DNA of 64,000 nucleotides from a virus: positions 28,603-92,602 of the IMG/VR virus record IMGVR_UViG_3300017917_000616. One strand, given 5' to 3'. The notes beneath the pieces were generated by a model that did no database searches, was not told where the DNA came from, and was given only the letters and a program-made list of their open reading frames with translations. The translations under genes and the position numbers were made by a program. This document shows, in pieces, positions 33,401 through 39,456 of this stretch (the stretch's first letter is position 1; each line of letters begins with the position of its first letter).

Positions 33401-35573
33401 AATGAACCTTATATATTTTGTTTCTTATTAAAGGATCTTGGTCTCCAGCAAATACTACAGTTGATCCATCAAACAATGATGACGAAGGACCATCTGGTGT
33501 GAATGATGTTTGTCCGGCTACTTGAGTAAGAGCGTCGGTTACGGTAAAATTAATAAAGTCTACTGATCCGCGAGTAATAGTACCAGACTGGAATAACTTT
33601 AAGTTTGGATAAAATTCTATGATTGGTCTTTTAGCTCTACTTTCTGGATTACCCAATGCTTGTAATGATATAGGAGCAGATATAGTATTAGCTATAGCAG
33701 TATTTAAAACATCAATGTGGAACCAGCGATTACTACGACTCCATGAGTTTTTATTCAATGAATTTCTAGCTATTGTGATATAGTCTTGGTCGCTAGGATA
33801 TGTTGTAGTTTCTTCAAAGCTATATGTATCGTAGGGCTGAAAGTCGTATGGATTAACCAATGGTTGACCATAACCCTCCGGCACTCCTAATTCAGATACA
33901 GGTATGAGGGCAATACTAGTACCAACACCCTCTACATAATATTGACCTTCGGAGTATTCGACAGGAAATACATTTGGTCCAAACGTAATTTTTAATCCGT
34001 TTGTAAATTTAATATTATTAGGGCTTGTGTAAGTCTTTTGACCCAAAATATCATTGACGTTTATAAGGTCACTACCCGGATCATCAATAATTTTGATGAT
34101 ACCAGCAATGTTAGGATTATTGTCATCAATATAAAATAATGTGTCAAGTCTAGCAGTCAAAATAGGGACTAGCAAGATTTCCGCAAAACTGTTTTTAACA
34201 AATTGACGACCTATGTACTCAGTACCATACCTGACAGTAATTAGTTTATTATCGGGCAACATTCCTTCTTCGGACAAAGATATAACATTATCACCAGAAT
34301 CTGTTGGTAAAAAATTAATCTTGTAATAGTGTTTATTAATTTCAGAAGGTACACTGTTTTCAAATAAACCTTGATCCACTGTGGCAGTCATGGCTCCACT
34401 GGCAGTAGTTAGTGTTACTGCTGGGCCACCTGGTTCAAGAGCTATTGTAAATTCTGTTGAGCTTACTATAGACTCGACAAAGTATAAATCACCGTCATTT
34501 AAAATTCCCAAAGAAGGACCATTAAACAACACTGCTTCATTAATACTTAACGCACTTGTACTATCACAAGTAACGATATTAGTCCCGCTTGTAGTGTCGG
34601 TAATTGTTAAAGTTACAGTTGATGTTAGTGAATTAGTGTCGTAGGTACCATCATAAAACTTGCTTATTTGCCCAATAGTACCCGGTGGCTGTCCATAGAA
34701 TATCAATGTTTTATTTTCTAAATCAAAAACATCATCAATACTATCAACTTCGCTTGCTAATTTTCCATTAATATCTTCCCACGATAAAGTAGTAGCTATA
34801 TCAACATCTAGCCCTAATGGTAGATTCCATTCATCCTGTGAGTTTGCGAGTGGAACATTAAATGTTACGGTTCCATTGTTTGTGCCGTTATTAACTACAC
34901 CAAATACTTCTCTAGTATCGATATTATTTCGTACTTCACTTACACCATTGATATTAGTATTAGTTTGTATCCAAAAGTTTCCTAATTGGTTAACGCTGAA
35001 TGTATATGTGCCACCTCTAATAAATGTTAGAGTAGGATTTTGTACTGAAAGCTGAACATTGTTTGTTGTTAATAAGTATCCTGTAGATTTTTCTTCAACT
35101 ATATAGTCTAATGACCTAAACAATTCTGTAGTAGTTATTAAAACAGGATCAGGGCCAAACGGTAACCAATAGTACTGACTGTAGTTTATCAATTTATCTA
35201 AATCTACAAAACTATCCCATGAATAGAATTGATTTTCAAAAAGACTAGTGTTATTATTAGTAACACCGCCTTGTAACTTTAAACTATCTAGTATACCAGG
35301 ATATGTTAAAAGGTCAATTGCTTTGTCAGTATCTTTCTTTTTAAAAACTACCGTAGGTTCTAGTTGATAATCTGTTCTTACCTTAGATGGCTCAACCAAA
35401 TACTTGTCATTAGAATTTATACCATAACCAAATTTAGCACCTATATATCCTTGAATTCTTCTCAGATCAGGCTGTTGTACTAGCTGGTCTAATGTAGCAG
35501 CCAAAAATTGTGAGTTTGGTTTTGTCTTAAAGATTTCAGGTAAGAAATCGATTGTTCTAACTTTTGTTACCAT
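18453..35573 (-). CDS. Giant (5706 aa) multidomain baseplate wedge/structural protein at the gp7-like position
   Basis: Uninterrupted 17.1-kb ORF directly after gp6. Contains FG-GAP-like propeller repeats, Asp-box (SxDGxxW) repeats, YINEVKPYH and GxGY repeats. Confidence 0.8.
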   Translation of the reverse strand: MVTKVRTIDFLPEIFKTKPNSQFLAATLDQLVQQPDLRRIQGYIGAKFGYGINSNDKYLVEPSKVRTDYQLEPTVVFKKKDTDKAIDLLTYPGILDSLKLQGGVTNNNTSLFENQFYSWDSFVDLDKLINYSQYYWLPFGPDPVLITTTELFRSLDYIVEEKSTGYLLTTNNVQLSVQNPTLTFIRGGTYTFSVNQLGNFWIQTNTNINGVSEVRNNIDTREVFGVVNNGTNNGTVTFNVPLANSQDEWNLPLGLDVDIATTLSWEDINGKLASEVDSIDDVFDLENKTLIFYGQPPGTIGQISKFYDGTYDTNSLTSTVTLTITDTTSGTNIVTCDSTSALSINEAVLFNGPSLGILNDGDLYFVESIVSSTEFTIALEPGGPAVTLTTASGAMTATVDQGLFENSVPSEINKHYYKINFLPTDSGDNVISLSEEGMLPDNKLITVRYGTEYIGRQFVKNSFAEILLVPILTARLDTLFYIDDNNPNIAGIIKIIDDPGSDLINVNDILGQKTYTSPNNIKFTNGLKITFGPNVFPVEYSEGQYYVEGVGTSIALIPVSELGVPEGYGQPLVNPYDFQPYDTYSFEETTTYPSDQDYITIARNSLNKNSWSRSNRWFHIDVLNTAIANTISAPISLQALGNPESRAKRPIIEFYPNLKLFQSGTITRGSVDFINFTVTDALTQVAGQTSFTPDGPSSSLFDGSTVVFAGDQDPLIRNKIYKVHFSTVVQGQDPVITLTQLGSDVLYDEQCVIVLGENYIGKTYYFDGLNWQLTQQKERVNQPPLFDVFDSNGVSLSDMDFYPSSNFAGSTLFEYKPGSGADDPILGFPISYSSLNNLGDIVFDVTLNSQTFNYVQQNKSLTENINIGYVYNYTNRIDYNREIGWQTAADDSFQFQVFNFKYNGVPAVPTFICDVKIKDSTTTNWPVIVVYVDNARLSSSDYSIATTDNSTTITLNRTIPLGTPVDILLYSDQTTTTGYYQVPTNLDHNPFNSEISSINLGDIRGHYKSIVNNAPDFSGIAFGSNNYRDLGNIIPYGTKIIQNSAPVVNAGAFLRNNYNNFFDALAFNGNEYIKFKAKLIDTLTRGEFQSYENPSNLLDDSLDKITQTKIDSNPFFWSDMLPSKNAYITNTYVFKSNVSTSVYNLSRVYDFNSANYYGVLVYLTRKINGQMVVSQLIKGVDYTVSETDPSLTITTDLVNNDVITIKEYNQTYGSFVPNTPTKLGLYPAYMPEIVYDNTYVTPTWFIKGHDGSYTKLYGTYDNGILSDYRDNVLFEFEKRIYNNLKISSAIPINYDEVVPGQFRDVGVTFEQYRQIYTIQFLNWIGTNRINYTDQYYDPSNPYTYNYRQSKFNFNNQYVKQGNWHGIYLWLYDTTNPDTRPWEMLGLTSKPSWWDTRYGTTPYTKDNTYMWQDIANGYVWNDGNPYVNEQRIRDGLMDIIPVDSNGNLLDPFSNVIGSYNIEAFKNDWIVGDMGAAEFSYHRSSSFPFDLMRIMALTKPARFFALGIDVDNYKYNTEFNQYLYNNRFRNPLTNMTIYGNGTSVHSYTNWLVDYLYQFGMDGGTEISNLITNLDVRLGYRLAGFSDKDLLNFYVEKGTPDSKNTSLLIPDDSYSILLYDNQPTDTLIYSSLIIQRTDRGYKVFGNSQNRAYFTSKIPMMNGLFDTVIVNGLTIQIPKQYYDQTIVTPYGVEFTNVNNLAAFIRGYGLYLESQGFKFDDVENGLQLTWEQMIAELAYWIQTGWDVGSTINVNPCARIISINKENSIVQPLTFFQENFILNQNLIPIGLSDLSVYRNDTEFNVKTLNQGDTISFFRGNLSTFEHVVLFDNITVFNDVIYNLTTGLRQQRIYVKGSKTAEWNGQVNAAGFILNQDNIEEWKENVKYNKGTIVKFKNDYYIADKTVILPSVKFNYNDWMKTDYEMIQKGLLPNPSTRAAEAVYFYDPNKANLESDADLLSFSLIGYRPRQYLADANLDDATQVNVYKNMIGSKGTVESVTRLQGVVLQENTLNYDVHENWAIKTTEFGGLNNQNFIEVTLNETKLTGNPSIVSVIKDESVDGAQQEIPLYNIRNYARPIENENILPTVESGYQEKLPSAGYANIDDMIEIGYSINDLVDGAINTIYKNDYIWVADKKNEWQVYTPYSTGALLINVQNNYNNTVTLTFDKPHGYFEEQVIGIINFDPLVNGYYLVDRVLDITNIIVALTLPTTTTEIVSLGITFLLQSQRVVSARDIDGLPLLNSDYTTNKVWVDYNSEGNWTVYEKTNNYNYLPLQKFETTSNFGNSVAYIENLGYFVGDSNNGTVYHYGVSPSGTFYLRDTFTVPNTEFGKAIIHSNEFVVISQPGSIISQLYIYKIPTSTNINSLTLEQVITVSGGRLGDSMAISDDGAYLYTSAIGDESVITWQLDSVPTYISAGMTLSNATTVGNNTFTVNGQHLTQYQVLSGVTLFSSISIGATSFQVLGNQTTVIQPGMMISFQVNGLTYKVSSRTYNAGTGRTTVNIDPSYPIQTLVNASQSVYEYNSVINQGQSVSFLTSYSSTGMVLQYPFEDGNDFFVVYGDQRAVLTYGDKVSFSNTGADSDRLYTIGLESFDDREISPTSVGWNTSFVGFSYSTVTYPTPPYIAGDTITVSGMVPTAYNGTYTVLLCAAGLIIVANTNSASGALTTIGTIESPITIFFTKETAYLVPPIYPSYEIPAGTSIYLTAFSQNVQYTVVTETYDSINDKTTFYCLEDIQYTIPSGAKVYTVNSYFTYTNTIEPPVKVFGDGYGTSIATNYDGSKMFIGAPYYDENVNLTNTGVAYIYDRLTQNVEIQYDVLNNQSAVLTLPFSPGFKARVYINQQLLPSDRYVVVANKVQISGPIFAGDIVTIASSFFVLSQMIKSQDNISDLRQGENFGYSLDCNKYGSELIVGVPFDVSNNNVNEGSVLRFTNTGKRFGRLTGVIGCNLTEATYILLNGFVVNLFNTINILSTVTTGSTTVTINPSDAAKMPANGVITFQDTTSPFQPERSIFYSSRNTTTGVITFAVPFPFANTFAPSDTLMVVPLGNAANIANAINQTNLDNIRAYATEDNRLQIFLIYPELGQVNNKLNISVFNGNYLFMMGFIDYVKSQTIYDLHQQTITQFGYNVKFNNENSFVVSAPASIRYLATTFDLISDTNTRNDTVFDNNLTFFEDKTSNAGSVYMYNYIPSYLESFNNIGKYVYAQSCNDKLTFVGPQPMYGAALDFTNDKVIIGVPKFNINAAGGRVVIYENTTGINNWHVYRESAPISDVTKIRKVQLYNNTNNQNLASLDYIDPLQGKLLGVVQENLDYISISDPAGYNGPNLNTGKEVWTKDHIGKLWFDTSTTRFINYHQNDVVYNSKWWGRVFPGSDVSVYSWIESDVVPAFYVGPGTVYDIGKYSTVLFTDSNNNLIAKYYYWVRNTNLVFSHYGKTLSDTIISQYITDPKNSGISFMAALRPNTYGLYNSQEYINDVSTNLHLGFGVNGDSTASHVEFQLIRSDYPDDFLTGFPDRDKGYNTPVALYDRLLDSCSGTDEIGAIVPDPYLPKLLQQGVNIRPRQGFFVNRLEALRNYFEYANTILKLYPINEFGNITFLYAQGENFNTTQYWENVYWWAEGYSDATRAAFDVPMYSDLLTLTPKEGQIVGVVSNSQGNREVYVYKAGTWERIGVQNGTIQLLDTLWDYQSNKIGWGDNFFDSEDFDFYPSIETRYIVRALNEQIYINDLFQYRNKSLILLFEYIQSENIESQDYMPWLTKTSFVDVNYTVRELTANEKFQRDNQSLLEGYINEVKPYHVVLKDFYLQYSRTDVFDGDLTDFDLPAQYNDTLGKFVSPELTYGDVTSSPYQYTSTDEIWQTQEYTSWFNNYGITLTSQPNTDISTLMRYIGTLDNEIYVESVYGMPFNGIIKIDSELIGYTGVDRVNNKLVGVSRGVNNTTPAGHFAGTTIFIDLPEVVVLYEGRGYQEPPEVTVRIDTSVYPAPREEAVVQAVMGGDKVIGVSVLTPGSGYVVAPEIVFEPSFVISTPLDKINFNTYTIILSSTDYTTGDIVYSEGITSNGITIIPDGYYYVNVTGIVVSTFMLMATPGNAVTMSFHTSYDDAIRNNNKVPFVNPSLISSGYVHEISIRPRAIVTQGNTKTRTLKPVLKFDRTSYNSRVTEWTPNTYYSSPYISIGNDASNPTKLSYGLPYTGMSGTVSPAGGVSASFTVYNLSLANEYDVEIENGGTGYSPGDVITILGTQLNGTAPTNNCVITVGTVNFAGTIQTITFAGLPVDPSLASLQGAVMPITGFASVDGQAVVTVNYNYSGILPGQVSGSYMYFFRVQTYDGTPGVPANTYEYDDTLAGGAKIWISTPKFNPANVTNQYYIQILDPGSIYSDGDKIVIPGSNFGPGSQDIVNDCIITVQFSNLGAIYSAFVNGVASAQQAQYYVKAISDTELAVYQDSKLQVPVSAAGFLWDGGTSPFPPYGNSISDYCYLPEPIINNYSYGYNLSSIVTYAGIVWQCIQANNDSEFDPTKWYPLQSSDNALNALDRIEGYYTPAITMPGKDPQQLVQGITYPNNVYYGNAFAPDEEIPLDFVLRDEPFYPIDVNVKAVINNGSTLIAACDSPTSSLVLVRNQSGTWDNYKISEYPLGITDMSYENDRYVMSTTNIKNPVLVSYDGIRWITLGTYTPFDTLEFGEGGYDTTMVEAPNLPMYGTRIVNGVFYVVGDKLLRSENGVKFDPVYTFGSRLDNNLQDISYVNILGYVGYIAVGGGGVVTSGAGTALPTVANVGKIVTSVDGNTNWVLQPPLGTNQLNGVASSSTRAVIVGNSGTIFYSTNTNNWLSGVFADISTTVNINSVAFGNSVFVAVGNKIGTGETDPGLILVSSDGITWYAYPQTSQYVTTDNLNTVHFDGSYFYIAGDNDTILRSTNGVNWTDLANINVNEPTYAVKGNDFLFGYGPEELVAGVVTDTLSMYVNTAPGAYWDTDSSQTVWYKHTGFNMKALELVPDANLTVSFANYVVNPARLSVFVLNRTTNYSYRIFENTTTLNNPISYVIDWVGQTITISSALGANEVLMVELYEVGNGVEVVRGNSKYVPIEIDPDTGWSQFTFNQLYRPYNAQPLVYVNGIKLTNTVDYVVTFTNDNYLRLLFINNTYDTDVDYIVFSILRDTLIPYEYSIPETQIYVPSSIGETSIPLDYNFVTTTGDNITNAIVEVNGIRLLSGEYTFNLMSDTLDLTSITVSPDDIVSITTYNDTTRQYLVTDEVTGLQVTEIKFVNTSNNPVRLTFTTDPNFSLGDLIRIDGIAGSVELNNKTFYVNPVTILGDPNYYVDLYTDSATTNPLIGTNVSPYAGTGYAWLDSNTISVPLPTVAPGAPIMSYTDGARTWVTVAGYRINPEQMIYNSDCEFTGSIAFAPNYPTDTYGVLTVTSVSKGSLTLGQEIFGGSITPGTIITSYITGTGGIGTYEVNIGQTVSSASMNTDQTNKLSILSEITSTDDIMITSMVTGESPNPISYNLNVNKYSDGSVYRTNPEDGSWLTQNFGINDTVMYFKDVSNLVDSIEQQITTVNISSVIYGFVQCDINEVKEVQVYNKTTLTQLPQSYFGLKLVNGNPALIFSSGASAGDTLIVTLTIGNIVEILGERIRFDNIDTQNNTISGLTRGVQGTRVAQIHYANEMGYGIIPTRRLTSAEYDSVWNSNVYNPVKGDPLQISQTPVAVFLQSNYTNER

Positions 35574-35578
35574 TACTA

Positions 35579-38500
35579 TTACCTATTAATTGATGGATTT
35601 AATTCGCTCGGTGTCAATGCTGTTATAACAGATATGTCAGTAGCTTGTGCGGCATTCACAAATATTTCGTATGGTGCTGATTTGATTTCGTATAAATCAC
35701 CAAACGATAAATTAGGATCATTGGGGACTAATACAACTGAATTAATCAAATCACCAATTACACTATGAAGATAGGCGCTTAGTTCACTAAAATAAAAAGT
35801 ATCACCAAAGTCCCAATTGTCTATACTAAAATAGTTGTTCATTTCCGAAAGTATCGCAGTTTTTATTTCACTATCACTTGCTGTAGTAGTGGGAGATTTA
35901 ATTACTTTGATTGTTGCTTGTAATGCTGGAGCAGCTTTATGACCAAACAAAGGTTTAAATCTTACACTATTTAATATAACACTATCACTCAACATTTTGT
36001 AGGCATTAACATTATTATATTGAGTTGTCAATTCGTTGATTGAAGGACGCATTGGTTCTTGTACAGTATCTGTAGTATCTTTTAACCAATTATTATACTG
36101 TGTATAGTATCCTTGCGTAACAACGTATAAGTCTATTATATTTGTAGTGGCAGGGTCAACTCTGGTTGTTTCTCCTGAAACGTGTTTATATTGGAAATAC
36201 AAACCCTGTCTACCTGTCTTCACTGTATAATTTGTAAGTAATTCTAAATTTATAATGTTTGCCGATGTTGAATCATTCACCGATCTATAAAATTTACTTT
36301 CTAAAACAGCATAAAACACTTGTCCAACTGGGTATTCATATTTAACGACTGCTATATCTGCTTGCGTTCCATAACCATAAACAACTGTATTTGTAGGTAC
36401 CATTTCATATCTAGAAAGTAAATTAGCATCTACGACTCTGCGGAAAAATACAAATTTATTTGTGTTTCTAGTTCCGGGCAAGTATCCAGTAACGTCAATA
36501 AAAAAGTCTGGATTTTTATATGATCCAGGCGTTTCAAAATCACCATAGCTTACTTCTACACTGAAGTCGTCTACGTATCCATCGCTCTCTACAGCTTGAC
36601 CAACAACATACAATTTTATATCATTAGGATAAGGAAAATTATAATTGGCTTGGCTGTTAGATTTTAAAATGTTTATATGGTCTTGGAGCAACTTTCCACT
36701 TAGTGGATCATATATAACTTTGTCTCTGTCAAAAGCAAATCTAACTTCATTGACGCTACCAAAGTAATATGCTACGCTTCTCCAAGCAACTAAATAACGA
36801 CCAAATCCAATGCTTTGGAATCGTATGAAATATTCTGTGTCGTTGTATGTACTAGTGCTCCATCTTTCTTGATTGGCTAGTAAACTATTATCATAAACTA
36901 GACTGAAGTTTTGTGACAATCTCATCTTAGTGACACATTCTTGTATCAGTGTGTTTCCTAAAGTATTACTTAAACTAGGTATTACTACTGCTAATATAGC
37001 ACCATCTGGTATGCTATTGGTTAGTGTTACTGGACCTAAACCATTGTTTAAGTTTCCTTCACCATTGTTATAACCGTCTCCTACAACAACTGAACAACTA
37101 GTCCAAATCGCAGTAGTGTCGCTAGGAGTAGGCAATCCTTCAATTATTCTATTCTCTTTATCGAAATATGTACCAGGTGGAGCAACAAATCCTAATAAAG
37201 CACCTTCAGTTATGTATCTAACATTACCTGATGTAAACACCCCTACAGGAATAGGATTGCTGTTTTGATAGAAATATCCGGTTGCTTGTCCGGTTGACAC
37301 ACTAGTTTGATTCCAATATATTGGAGTGCCATCAAAAGTATATCTAGGATATGCTTGTGTATAATATTGATGTGCCCTATCACCTCCTAAAATACTAGGA
37401 ATATATTCTGTTAAAAAGTTAACAATATCATTTGTGGTGCTAGCACTAAAGGTTGTAAAGCCGTCATTTATATCCTCATACAAACCACCATCATCGGCAA
37501 AGTCGTTTGTAGAACTATATTTTGCGCTTGGGTCCAATAAATCAAAATTTCTAGCAACACCTACGCTACTACGATTAATAGCCTTTGACTTGATTATAGA
37601 ACTGTACAATGTAAATGGGAAGTTATTATAATCTTCACCGTTAACCATACGATTTTGTGTATAGTATCGTTGTGGGGCACGTTCTTTGATATTAGCTAGA
37701 CTTTCTCTGGCTTGGGCAGTAGTTATGGGTAACTGTAAGTCCATTGTTAGTGTAAGTGTTTCTGTTCTACCATTTCTACTTACGTAGCTAATATTAACTG
37801 TCAAACTTTGGAATTCACTAGGATCTATAACATAAGTTAAACCATTGCTTGAACGTACATAAGCTGTAAATGAGCCTACTGGCACTTCGCTGAAAACACC
37901 ATCACCGAATACATAAGTTACTTGGTCATTAGTTCTGCTCGAAACACTAAAAACTTTTTTGTTGCTAGTCAATCTTTGTAAACTGCTATTAGCATAAACG
38001 CTTTCTACTTGTTTCCATTCTACAAAACTATTAGTGTTAGAATTGATAGCATACAACCATGTATCTGTGTTATTGATTCCTTGGATATTAATGTCAACTG
38101 TCTGATTACTAATTTGCTCTGGGATAGTGAAGTTATAGCTTCTCAAAGAACCTTGCTTGAAGTACATGAAAAATCCTGTATTAGGACTTCCATATCCCAA
38201 CTTGTCATTTCTATAGACAATATTGAAACGAGAACTGTTTCCGGGAGGAATTTCGTATACGTCATCACTATCTACGCTAGTAACACTGACTCCCTCAAAG
38301 TTCATAGTGGAGCCATCAACTACAGCGTTGAATGGTACTACTGGGGATGTTCCAGTTGGTAAAACAATACTATACTCATCAGTTTTTACGCCTAGAATTG
38401 TTTTTGAATTTCCGGGCTTGCCAATCATTTGTGTGTCAAGTAATGCGGCATTTAAAACGGAATTGAATTGCTCTTGCCAATTTGGGTTAGCAGGATCATT

Positions 38501-38932
38501 CCATAAAATAGTTAAACCACTTAGGTTTAGATTATTAATATCACGCACTTGTTCTGTAGTAGAGATTGCTGTGATTTTGATATAACCTTTACCGGATATA
38601 TTTCTTTTTGGGGTATAACCTACAAGATTAGCTAGTTTGATTACTGAATCTCGTCTTTCGGCTGTATCAATAAAATTTTCTCGGGTATTCAAGTCACTAC
38701 GGAAAGCTAATGCTTGACCCATAAATGCGATTATGTCTAATAAAGCAACATATTCACTGGATTCTACATAATCATTGAATGTCTCGGGATAGTAGGTACG
38801 TAGATAATCTACGAATGTTTTTCGTATAGTTTCGTAATCATAGCTTTGAAAATCTGCTTGACTATAGTTTTTATAGATAGATTTCCAATCATTGATTCCA
38901 AAGATTGCTGATTGTCGGGAACTTGTGGCCAT
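35579..38932 (-). CDS. Baseplate wedge subunit (T4 gp6-like)
   Basis: ENFIDTAERRDSV..LA..VGY.P, FGDG and RAP..Y.TQNRMV..EDY are gp6/baseplate J-like motifs. Confidence 0.85.
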   Translation of the reverse strand: MATSSRQSAIFGINDWKSIYKNYSQADFQSYDYETIRKTFVDYLRTYYPETFNDYVESSEYVALLDIIAFMGQALAFRSDLNTRENFIDTAERRDSVIKLANLVGYTPKRNISGKGYIKITAISTTEQVRDINNLNLSGLTILWNDPANPNWQEQFNSVLNAALLDTQMIGKPGNSKTILGVKTDEYSIVLPTGTSPVVPFNAVVDGSTMNFEGVSVTSVDSDDVYEIPPGNSSRFNIVYRNDKLGYGSPNTGFFMYFKQGSLRSYNFTIPEQISNQTVDINIQGINNTDTWLYAINSNTNSFVEWKQVESVYANSSLQRLTSNKKVFSVSSRTNDQVTYVFGDGVFSEVPVGSFTAYVRSSNGLTYVIDPSEFQSLTVNISYVSRNGRTETLTLTMDLQLPITTAQARESLANIKERAPQRYYTQNRMVNGEDYNNFPFTLYSSIIKSKAINRSSVGVARNFDLLDPSAKYSSTNDFADDGGLYEDINDGFTTFSASTTNDIVNFLTEYIPSILGGDRAHQYYTQAYPRYTFDGTPIYWNQTSVSTGQATGYFYQNSNPIPVGVFTSGNVRYITEGALLGFVAPPGTYFDKENRIIEGLPTPSDTTAIWTSCSVVVGDGYNNGEGNLNNGLGPVTLTNSIPDGAILAVVIPSLSNTLGNTLIQECVTKMRLSQNFSLVYDNSLLANQERWSTSTYNDTEYFIRFQSIGFGRYLVAWRSVAYYFGSVNEVRFAFDRDKVIYDPLSGKLLQDHINILKSNSQANYNFPYPNDIKLYVVGQAVESDGYVDDFSVEVSYGDFETPGSYKNPDFFIDVTGYLPGTRNTNKFVFFRRVVDANLLSRYEMVPTNTVVYGYGTQADIAVVKYEYPVGQVFYAVLESKFYRSVNDSTSANIINLELLTNYTVKTGRQGLYFQYKHVSGETTRVDPATTNIIDLYVVTQGYYTQYNNWLKDTTDTVQEPMRPSINELTTQYNNVNAYKMLSDSVILNSVRFKPLFGHKAAPALQATIKVIKSPTTTASDSEIKTAILSEMNNYFSIDNWDFGDTFYFSELSAYLHSVIGDLINSVVLVPNDPNLSFGDLYEIKSAPYEIFVNAAQATDISVITALTPSELNPSINR

Positions 38933-38950
38933 ACTATTTTCTCTTTATAG

Positions 38951-38958
38951 TATTTATC
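38951..38958 (-). promoter_or_regulatory. Late promoter GATAAATA
   Basis: Intergenic, upstream of gp6 and its AGAGA Shine-Dalgarno-like sequence. Confidence 0.65.
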
Positions 38959-38981
38959 TTAGAGAAAATAACGGTTTTTTG

Positions 38982-39431
38982 TTAGATACCGTAGGCCCTA
39001 CTAGCGTTTTGGTCAAACAATATTGATAATTGTTCTACATTATTAAAGGGTGAGATGGCGAATTCTAATTCGATAAGTATTCCATTCTCTTGCGGATAGC
39101 TAATTACAGAATTTAAAATGAGTCTAGGGTCTAAACTAGCAATTCTTCTAATTTCTGTTTCTATTTGTATTTGAACATCTAGTGTGTTTGGTTCAAATAC
39201 AAAAGACCAAAGACTAGTTCCGTAGCTAGGTTGACCAGTCTTTTGTCCTTGAGGTATATTCAAAGCGTTTATGAAGTCTTGAATTACCAAATCTCTATCA
39301 ACTGTTCTATATTTCTTTGTCGTTTTTACGGGATTTACTAGTGATCCGGCACCACCGTCAGCACCCGAATTTATTTGGGGAGTTCTAACAGAATCTACGT
39401 GTTGGGTGCTAAACCCTATAAATGTTGCCAT
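38982..39431 (-). CDS. Baseplate wedge subunit gp25-like (GPW/gp25)
   Basis: GQK...P.YGT.LW..VFEP...DPR motif; between gp5 and gp6. Confidence 0.85.
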   Translation of the reverse strand: MATFIGFSTQHVDSVRTPQINSGADGGAGSLVNPVKTTKKYRTVDRDLVIQDFINALNIPQGQKTGQPSYGTSLWSFVFEPNTLDVQIQIETEIRRIASLDPRLILNSVISYPQENGILIELEFAISPFNNVEQLSILFDQNASRAYGI

Positions 39432-39448
39432 AAAAATTACCTTTAATA

Positions 39449-39456
39449 TATTTATG
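39449..39456 (-). promoter_or_regulatory. Late promoter CATAAATA
   Basis: Box overlaps the gp5 stop, upstream of gp25. Confidence 0.55.
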
